DNA of 64,000 nucleotides from Lytechinus pictus (Eukaryota): NCBI RefSeq assembly GCF_037042905.1, contig NC_087252.1, positions 27,282,001 to 27,346,000 of the forward strand, read 5' to 3'. Shown piece by piece: positions 53,767 to 64,000 of this stretch (position 1 is its first letter; each line of letters starts with the position of its first letter). The notes under the pieces were generated by a model. It saw only the letters and a program-made list of their open reading frames with translations, ran no database searches and was not told where the DNA came from. The position numbers and the translations under genes were made by a program.

Positions 53767-56700
53767 TTCTCCATTTTACCGCAGTAATAAATCTCTAATA
53801 AAACCATAGAAACATTGTTTGGATTGTTACGAAGTGGTCCGAGATGGACATGAACGTTGATGGCGCTTTTCATCAAAATTCTCCCACGGAAAAAAAAAGA
53901 AGTTGCGACACGCCTTGGGACGAATTGACGGTCGATTGGATGATGATGTTTGGACGAGCAAGAATGCGTTGTATTGTGGTTTGTTTTATATTTGTTTGTC
54001 TGTTTCGTTTTTTGTTATTTCTTGTATGGTATTTGTCTTGTGCCCAAGCGTTATTTCAGAAAAAAAAAGCTCGAGGTTTCGTTTGATAACGCTGATAATA
54101 CTTGAGTTTGCGGCTTGTTATAAATTGTTGTTGAGTGCGCTTTACAAGATCCCACTTTCCATGGTAAAACAATCACTCCACAACTCATATTCATTGGAAT
54201 TACTTATTTGGTACATTTTTTCTAACTATTTATGAAATGTTCTAGTTCCTCTAAGTGAGTAAAAATGACGAATATGTATTTTGGTTGACGGTCGATTGAA
54301 TGATGTTTAGACGAGCAAGCATGCGTTGTTTTGTGGTTTGTTTTATAATTTTGTGTTTGCCTGCTTCATGTTTGAAATTTTTTTGTATGGTATTTGTCTT
54401 GTGACCAAGCGTTATTTCTGAGAAAAAAAAACTGATAATACTTGAATTTGCGATTTATTTACATTGTTCGTTTTTTGTGGTCTAACAATAACACCATAAC
54501 TAAAATTTACTCGAAATATTAGTTAGGCCATTTTCTGATTCCGCTAAGTAAGTGGAAAATGGGCAGGTGACTAAAATTACTATTTCATTAATAGACATGA
54601 TAGAGGAAAAGAAAACTGATATACATGCAAAGGTCCATGATTCCAAAAAAAGGTCAAACAAGACAGGTGTGATGTTGAATGATTTTGATGATAGTAAATG
54701 TTGATTCTCAAACCATTATTTGTTACATTCAGTTTGCAACGTTGCAAATATGACCACTCAGCGTTAAGCCAACAAATTATCGTAGAGCAATGTTTCTTTA
54801 TATATTAAATCACATTTTTCATTTCGACTTCAAGGAGCAAAGTGGTTATACAATAGAATGTAGTCAATTTTTTTTTGGGCTATTTAACTCGTTTGGCGTA
54901 GATATGAAAGACTTATTTTAATCATCGCTTATTAATTACTGTGTTAACAAAGATTATTTACATCGTACTTGCTATTCATTGTTTGTGTTTCAATGATCAA
55001 ACTCATTTAGTTATAATTATTATTTGTCATCAATTACTTAACGAAACTGTTAAAGTGTGTTTTTTATTTCGTTTTTTTTCAAATACTATCATATCATTTT
55101 TGTCTTTCATACTTACATGTTTATTGATTTATTTTGTTCTATTTAATATTGTTGCGAGATAATTGTTATTGTTTGTTTTTCACGTGATGCTATTGATAAG
55201 TTTTAGTTTAAAAATTATACATTCATTATTTTTATTTGATATTTGCGAATATTTTAATGGAAATGTTCAAGCTTATCAGTTTATTGGCCTGTGCATCTGT
55301 TAATCATTTCTCATGTTTGTGAACTTTTATTGATTTTGATTTATTTTATTTACTGCTTTATTTTGTGTATTCTATTTATATATTTATAGATATCCTTAAT
55401 AGAATTCCTGCTCATTCTACACTAATGGTTTTAATCATTGAGATTTAATAAATTCTAGAAATTTTAAACATTAGTTCAAACAGAATCAATCGAATAACGG
55501 TTTTGTGGAAAATACGAACTTTTAACTCTGCACTTAATAAGAGAAATTCTTTGCTTTTCAAATATTTGTTAATCCATCAACATTATTGGGATTCATGTAG
55601 GGTAGGGGGTCGCGAGGGGGGGCAGGGGAGAGTAGCAGCCCCGTATGATCTTTGTAGTCGTCAAAAAAGGAAAAGGGTAAAATCGGGAAGAAAATATACA
55701 AGACAGAAGAGTGTCAAAAAGAGGTGTCCCTCCTGTCATTAAAAAAATATAAAAAAATTCTGACTGGCTTCCCCTATCGATAAACCATGATGCCGTTACT
55801 GGATCCATGTTAAGGTTTCATGTACTCGTCCTTTATGTGTAAGCTTCGCATTTCATCGTTAGATTATTACTAGTATGAATTGTATTTCAATATTAGGCTC
55901 GTTCTTCTTAACATATTATATAATTATTTAATACAATACATAATTGTAATGGAATTAAGTGTATAAATTATTTTTGTAACTTTGATAACGATTTCATGAA
56001 TTTTTTGTTTGTTTGGTGGTATTTCCCGAGGATTTGAGGTGTACGTCTAATGTTATGTTGTTTTTAATATTAAACATGATGTTCCAAATCGATGTGTGTT
56101 ACTAATGATTTTGTCCCCTATTTATCGCACTGTGCCTTGAAATATGTAAAAAAAAAACATAACATAATGTAAGGTTATGAGATTGCGTTTGAAAAGATGT
56201 GTGGTCTGACGGTATGCGCGAGTGTATGAATGTACTGCGCCTATTTGTGGATGTGCATTGTATGTCCTTCATGTATTTTTTAATAAAGACTGAATGAGAT
56301 ACTTCATATTTATTAAATGATAAGTAACCCTTAAGGGGATTTTCGTGAATAATGTCAGTATCATTAAATTTTATCCTACTAGAAATTACGACGATCATTT
56401 AAAAGAACGATTAATGCATGTATATTAATAGGCCTTATAACGTAACATTATAATAAAAAGGTTATATACTGTATATGGGTACCGGTAGGAAGTAATTCCT
56501 TAAAAAGCTGTGTGCGCTATGAACGCCTAGCTTAGCCGGGTAATATAGGAGCGCCTTGAGCACCTAACAAGGTGGATATGTGCGCAATATAAATACCCTA
56601 TATTACCCTATATTATTTGTTATGATGGTAATGATAGTTAGGATTTATTATAATGATGATAATAATATTGATGTATTAATGGTCGTGCATTGCGATTATT

Positions 56701-56938
56701 ATGATATTGTTGGTGATGATGATGATGATCATCATCACGATGATTACGATGACGATAATGATGATGAAGATGTGATAAATAATAATGACGATTTGATAAT
56801 GATGATGATGATAATGACAGTGGAAATGACAATGATGATGGCATTGGTCAATTCCAATGAAGCTTGAAGTACGCGTACAAAGGAGAAACGGAGAGGGATA
56901 TTTATATTGATAAAGACAGGAAGAGAAAATGAGTCATA

Positions 56939-57028
<90 letters not shown>

Positions 57029-57029
57029 A

Positions 57030-57063
<34 letters not shown>

Positions 57064-57438
57064 GGTGTGTGTGTGTATAAGCCTATATGCAAATTTTATT
57101 TCGTTTTCATGTCATTTATTTAAGCACTAGGCCCACCTCAGCCAGAAGACTGTTCTTCAGCAGGGCCGTGCAGATAAAAATATACAAATCGAAATAATAT
57201 ACATGATATATGTCAAACATAAAAAAGCATCTATCATGATGATAAATAAACATATTAAACTAAAAAAGTAGGTAATGTTAACCAAATAATATATAAATGA
57301 CATAAAACAAAAAAACAAGATGGATACTATATTCACAAATAATGTTTATAGAAACTTAAAGACTACAAACTGAAAATGACATGGTGGACAAAAATAAATA
57401 ATAAGAAATAATAGAGGTATGAATAACAAATGTAATAT

Positions 57439-58040
57439 GTAACAAATGGAACACCTCTGGCAGTCTCGCCTGCATTACGCAATTCAATATAGCAGCAGTG
57501 ACTTTGAACAATTATTCACAAAAAACACACTATTCACCTTGATAATGTGAACAAAGACTCGCGCAAAATGATCAGTGATACTCACCCTTATGACCACATT
57601 TCATGAACTACATCCATAAGCTTTCAAAGTTATTATGGCAATTGAAATAATACCCCAACATGGCCAATGCCCATTGACCTTAGATGACCTTTGACTTTGG
57701 TGATGTGACCTGGAACTCGCGCAGGATGTCATTGATACTTAATTACTCTTATGCCTAAGTTTCAAGAACTACATATTCTTTCAAAGTTATGATGGCAATC
57801 CAACTAATACCCCTAACATGGCCAAACTTTGTTGACCCTCAATGACATTTGGCCTTGGTCATGCATGTCATATGACCTGAAACTAGCACAGGACATTAAG
57901 AATACACGATTATCATTAGGCCTAAAAGTTTCGTGAACTAGATCTGTATACTTTTTAAGTTATGACATTTCAAAAACTTAACCTTGGTTAAGATTTCGCT
58001 CTGCTCTCATGGTTATGCAGGCGAAAAAATAAAACAAATG
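57439..58040. repeat. Interspersed repeat with internal ~130-bp tgacct(t)tgac subrepeats
   Basis: tttcaaagttat..tggcaat...taataccc..aacatggcca units repeated; aacaaatgg at both ends. Confidence 0.6.
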
Positions 58041-58289
58041 GCTCGTGATTTGAAAAGTATGATTAAGATTCCGTTTGAAATTCTAGATAAACTTAACTCG
58101 CGTTAAGTGGTGCTGTGGTATGGCGTTCCAGTAGTTTGCTCTGATATAGCTAAAACTCCTCTTCTTGAAAAATTGTACTAATTTCGGCAGTAAAAAAAAT
58201 TGATTGAGTTTCCCACGTTGTAATTTAAGTGCTTTAGTTTAAATAAGTTTAGCAAGTTTATATATGTCGTTCATTGTAGATACACCATC

Positions 58290-59238
58290 ATTATAAGACA
58301 CCTAGATAGATCCTTGTGATTTGATTGGTTGTTTGACATCGTTCATTCAGCCCATTTTGCAATGACGTCATCAACCGTGCAATTTTGGATCCATTCATCG
58401 TGCAATTTTGGATCAATACCATTTTTCCATTGCACTCGTGCACCGAGACTGCAGCTGCAGACATCAGCAGTAGTGCGCATGTTGTCATGAGGTAACAATC
58501 AACAGACCGAACTCGCACTGCATGATCATGTTTTGCATCGAAATTCATAAATTTCATATGAAAAAAAAAATCAATTTTTAGGTGTCATATAACCAAATAA
58601 TGAATGTTTGTTCATTCGTGCAATGGACATAATACTTCATTCGGTGAAAGGTGAAATAATGATCCATTCAACGAGGCGTAGCCGAGTTGAATGGATCATT
58701 ATTTAATATTTTACCGAATGAAGTATTTTGTCCATTGCACTCATAAACATTCATTATTTGTATATTATATGACACCTAGATAGATCCTTGTGATTTGATT
58801 GGTTATCTGATTTCGTTCATTCAGCCCATTTTGCAATGACGTCATCAACCGTGCAATTTTTGATCCATTCATCGTGCAATTTTGGATCCATACGATTTTG
58901 TCCATTGCACTCGCGCACCGAGACTGCAGCTTCAGACACCAGCAGTAGTGCGCATGTTGTCATGACGTAACAATCAACAGACCGAACTCGCACTGCATGA
59001 GTATGTTTTGCATCGAAATTCATAAATTTCATATGAAAAAAAAAAACAATTTTTAGGTGTCATATAAACCAAATAATGAATGTTTGTTCATTCGTGCAAT
59101 GGACAGAATACTTCATTCGGTGAAAGATGAAATAGTGATCCATTCAACGAGGCTACGCCTCGTTGAATGGATCCTTTCATCTTTTCTGTCCATTCTGTAT
59201 TCTGTCCATTGCACTCATAAACATTCATTATTTGTATA
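58290..59238. repeat. Head-to-tail tandem duplication of a ~475-bp hairpin-rich interspersed element
   Basis: 58290-58765 and 58766-59238 are near-identical; internal gacaccta/taggtgtc inverted repeat and a long hairpin around ggcgtagcc. Confidence 0.85.
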
Positions 59239-61509
59239 CTAAAGCACAAGTGCGTATGTAGGCCAAAGCACAAGTTTAAGTTAATGCTTCTAGATAACCA
59301 CTTTTTTGTGGGAAAGGGTTTTGTGTTGGAAATTACGATCTTCCCTCTGTAGTGTCTGTCCGCATCTCCGTTTCGCTCCGATGACAGAGAACAACGCATT
59401 TTCTACCATCCATCCGCATCCATCTTAAAGTCACGAGGCATCTCCTTTCAGGTGGCTGAACCCGATTTTGCTTTTAATTGACCACCTACAGTCATTGGAA
59501 ATACTGCAAATTTTGAAGTAATATCAAAGTCATGCCTCTCTGCCTTTCCAAGTATTGAAGGAGAAATACCATTCGCTTTCGTTTCGTATAATACCAACCC
59601 CCTTTGTGGGGACGGATTTTAATTGACCCCGGCCGCCTTCGTTATTCGTTAGAAACCTGATACTGTTGCGATGGGGGAAGTCTTGGACATCTAATACTTG
59701 TGAACCAAAACGGTGGATATATTCTAATCGTAACTGATAACTGTCATGAAAGAAAATATCGTCATTTCCGCATCATTTGATGTTTTTAAGCGTTTCATCT
59801 TGCTCGTTAATCCAAATTCTAATGTGTCAAGCGATTTCCAAATTATGGTCGCTGTTATTAAAGGATTAATACTTCACGTCAAAATTAGTAAATGACCAAA
59901 CATGCCAAATGCCCTTCGCGGTCTTTTTTTTTCTTTCTTTTTTTTCTTTTGTCGGAAAGAAATAGCAATTCCTTAACTTTTTACTTGTTTAATTTTTGTA
60001 TTCTATATTACATAACATTCAACAATAAATTCGTTCCTCGGTTATTTCGATGACGATGGCGTACTTATTTAGACATTTTAAGGGACAGAAGTTTTTGACA
60101 GATTTTGAAATCATACTCAGAAAATTGTTATCATTTGTTTTCTTTTTTCCTTCTTTTTTTCATTCCTTTTTTTTTCGGAGACAGGTGTCTCCAAGACCCC
60201 CATCTCTATGCCCATGGTGAGTAAAGGTTATTAAACAGAAATAAAAGGTTTTCATAATAGGAATGTTATAATGTAACAAATTTAAACAGTACAAATAAAA
60301 TGTCAGTGCTTGAATGTGATAATTAAGATAAATGTGGCAAAGAGAAAATAAATGCATTATAGTGTGGACAAATTAAAATCACTTTACTGGTGTATACATT
60401 ACAAAGTGACTACTCTCGTCAATACATGACGTGAAATAATATTTAAAAGCCAAGGACATTTTTTAAAGGAAAAATTAAGTTTTGGAAATTTGAAATGAAA
60501 ATAAGATACTTTGAATGATTTTACACATTTGTCTGTACACCGTTTAAAGCAAATAGAAATTATTTTACGAAAAAATGTATTGCGTTGTCCTTTAAGAAAT
60601 AAAAAGATCCACTAAAAAGGTATGCTTATCGAGTCTGAATCCCTAAAATAAATTTATCATTGTAAGCAAAACTTTAATCCAGCCTTTTTTGTTCTCTCTC
60701 GTTGTTCTTTTGTTTCAAACATGAATTATACTTAATGAAAGAACATATGAAATGCACATTGAGTTAAATGTATACACTGTTAAAAATAATTTCAACAACG
60801 CTGTTTACTATGTGAATCGCACAGTAGTTGTTTAAACAGTTTAAACAAGTGTTTAAAGTCTTCAACAACAAATGCATGCTTGAACTATTGATAATTGAAT
60901 ATTTGAATTTAGACTTTGTAGTTTAAGATTTTAAACAATTTAATATGTTTAAACAACTACTGTGCGATTTTCATAGTAAACAGCGATGTTTAAGTTTTTT
61001 ACAGTATAGGTCCTACGAAAAGACTTCTAATTAAACGAGTCTTGAAAGTTGAAAACTCCAATCACATCGCGAAGAAAGTTCGAAGGAACACAACTAGTGA
61101 ATGACATTGCATGTCGTCAATCTCTTCAATTTGAAAAAAAAAAAGATATGAGGGGGAAATGCAAAAAGAAAATGTAATTAAATATAACTTTTGCCATGTT
61201 AAGCACCATTGAACTGCATCTAACATCGGAATCATAATGTAAGAGAGAGAGTGATATATTGTAAACACTTCGCTGACGACTCGACAATTGAGATATTTAA
61301 TTACCTCTTGCGATATAAGAAAACCACAAATTATCTCGAAACTTCATCAATCGCTCCCCCTTCCCCAGAGGGTTTGTTAATTGGTCCGATAGACATGGAG
61401 GTTTGTATTTCCTTGTATAATTACTTTATTCAAATATTCGGTAAGAAGGGGGCAGTCATGGGCGGGGCTGGTGGGTCGTGTCGGATGCAGATACATTAAG
61501 GGAGGAAGG

Positions 61510-61586
61510 TATATAAGGAGGAGAATGCATCGGAGTCTTCATCTCATCTCGTCTGGCAGAAGAAAGCATCCAAGCTCTTATTTTTG
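61510..61586 (+). promoter_or_regulatory. TATA box and non-coding first exon of gene D
   Basis: TATATAAG at 61510 after a G-rich stretch; donor ttg|gtgagt at 61587. Confidence 0.65.
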
Positions 61587-62330
61587 GTGAGTATATCTCG
61601 ATATTTCTCAAATTACCTTAATTATCATCAGATTAACTCGATTCTTTGTGTTCTAGATATATTCGCCTTTGTTCCGTTAAAGGAAAATGAAGATGTACTC
61701 CGCTATGCTAATTTTTTTTTTTCTTAATCAGAATATTTCATATTTCATTTTCGAGAATTATGATGATGTGCATGGCACAGTTAGTTCTACAAGCTCTGAA
61801 TGAAACAACTCATTGATGCAAACATTACCAATTTAATTATTTCGTGAATGTACTATGTAACAGTTACACGAGTCTTGGTAATATTTCCTGGCATACTGTA
61901 AATTTATTTGAAAAAAGTTTACATTAGTAAAGGTCTAAATAATCTAATTCATTTTTGTATTCTCATTCGCGTATATCAGATATAAATATATTTGAATTCG
62001 CGTAGATATGAATATGTCACATATATTTATATCTTCTATACGCGCATGTCATTACAGGAACGATTTTTTTTTTTGATAGGCCAGAATAATAAACAATATT
62101 TTTTCTAATACATTTACAGTATGACAGAAAATAAGACGCTTTAAACTGGCTGACTGTTAGATAAGATTTTATACATGCCTTACTTTTTAATTTTATCGTT
62201 GAAAAGTCGAAATAAAACAAGTATAGTATCAATCAATATTTCAATCTCTCGACTAATCTTAAGGATTACATTCATTTATCACCATCCAGACTACATTCAA
62301 CTCTTCCGTTAACACCCAACTAAAACCATA

Positions 62331-62541
62331 ATGGCTTCCAAGGTGCTCATCATGATCTTTGCTGTTGCCATGGCAACCGCCTTGGTTACCGCCGAAACGT
62401 TCGACGATCTCACAGGCGCTGATCTTGATGAAATTCTGGGCTTGATTTCTAAGAGGGGTGATTCAAACGACGCCGGAATGGTGTTCGACGAGGCCTTCGA
62501 CGAAATGGACAAACGGGGTCGGGGAGGGAGGATGTTTTTCC
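62331..62541 (+). CDS. Secreted prepropeptide gene D, coding exon 1 (partial; Cys exon not found in window)
   Basis: MASKVLIMIFAVAMATALVTA leader; two acidic segments ending SKR and DKR; GRGGRMFF; donor C|gtaagt at 62542 in the conserved position; acceptor catccag ending 62289. Confidence 0.86.
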
Positions 62542-64000
62542 GTAAGTACATTTTGGTTCTCTCAATGTTCGTTAAAACCAATCTTCCTTACTCATAATTG
62601 CATTACAAATCGTGCTTCACTCAATCATGATTTCTAGTCTGCAAACACATACTCACATTTATCTTTTAACCGATTACATCATGTCTGTTAAGTGAAGACT
62701 ATACTCCAAATTCTCTGTATTTTAATAGAAGCAGAGACAGTACATGAGCGAATCTAGTCTCACTACTTCAGACTCTGCGTTATGCACTATGCGACTTGTG
62801 AAAAACAAATGTTTGTTCTTCCAGACCAGATGGTCATTGATTATAATCTGCATATTCGAAACACTTTCCGTGAGTAAAGGGTTTGCACAGCAGAATTAAG
62901 TAATTGATAACATCTTTAAAACCCTTTGCGCGCTGATGTTGCAATTTTGCACATTTTGCAAAGAAAATAACATGGAAACAGTTGTCATTATTATCCCCCC
63001 TAAAAAAAAAATGATAATAATAATATCGAATATACTGTACATTGTTTCGATTTTTTATACGGTATAAAGAACTAAACAGAAAGGAAACATAGTGCAGTAT
63101 TAGTAGTAGTAGTAGTAGTCACCCCATGCCCCCCCCCCCCCCATTGAAAAGCAAAATAAAAATTTGTAATGAAAAAATGTCATTAAAACAAAATAGTGCA
63201 ACCCCTTTTATAAATGAAGATCTTTTTTTTTTTTGGCTTGTCAAATATTTCCGGGGACGAAATATAAATTTTTGGTTAACAACTATTTTTGTTTTGCCTT
63301 GTAAATTTTTCCTCGGAAAAATGTGCCCCCCCCCCCATTTGGGAAATCCTGGATCCGCCCCTGGTAGTAGTAGTATTAGTAGTAGTAGTAGTATACAATA
63401 AATTCGGTGTACACACTGGCACATGACCGCCATGGTGGCCTTCGTGGGGTCTAAATCTAGTAACTGGTCACACATTCATACCAAACCTACTGGAAAGACC
63501 AAAATGTCCCACAGTGTGTTCGCAGTGTGGAACACAATGTGAAATCACCTTCACACTGGTAAATTTGAGATTTTGAACAGTAGGAATCACATATTATCAC
63601 AATCCAGTAAGTGAACACGCTGTGAACAGTCAGACTGTCGACGTTTCCACAGTGTGAAATTTTCACCGCACTGTTGAATTTGAACAGTATGAATGATATT
63701 CTCACTAAAGCCCGTCGAACACTAAACGATCCGATGCGATTTTCTAATAAATCGCATTTTGATTTAAATGTGAAGGTTACAAAAAGTTAACTTATTTCAT
63801 TTAAAGTTCGACATTGTGTTAGGAATAATCAAATCATACTTTTGCTTTGTGACAAGTCCTAAGGTCGGAGTAAAGTCCAATTCGGTTTTAAGTCGCAGCC
63901 GATGGTGACGTCACTGCGATTTGAAATCGAACTTGCTTTTATTCATAAAAGGAGGCTCGGACTAGACTGAAGTTCGATGTCAGTAGTCCTTACCACTATT

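Noticed and set aside
59300..59720. Coding-looking stretch on the minus strand
   Set aside because: The frames I translated are interrupted by stops and show no recognisable motif; probably a decayed element
27509..62541. Assigning the cluster to strongylocin, centrocin or a named neuropeptide
   Set aside because: Cys number and spacing differ from strongylocins and centrocins, there is no C-terminal amidation signal, and I recognise no named motif; gene symbols left blank

Overview
AT-rich, intron- and repeat-rich animal genomic DNA. The repeat content suggests a marine invertebrate, probably a sea urchin/echinoderm (inference). Most ORF-track entries are microsatellite or repeat artefacts. 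The main signal is a tandem, same-strand (+) cluster of four paralogous spliced genes for small secreted prepropeptides, with ATGs at 27509, 46001, 52334 and 62331. Each has a signal peptide, an acidic propiece ending in KR, and a Gly/Arg-rich N-terminus. A conserved phase-1 intron splits an Arg codon in genes A-C; gene D has the equivalent donor. By manual splicing, three genes encode the same 4-Cys core, R-C-x8-C-x-C-D-x9-[FY]-Y-x2-C; the Cys exon of the fourth probably lies beyond the window. I do not recognise this framework as strongylocin (6 Cys) or centrocin, so it is a candidate undescribed antimicrobial/toxin/neuropeptide family. The rest comprises a 5'-truncated CR1/L2-type LINE, tRNA-derived SINEs, TTAA-flanked MITEs, minisatellites, local duplications, a possible 59-aa spliced micro-ORF and a possible minus-strand first exon.
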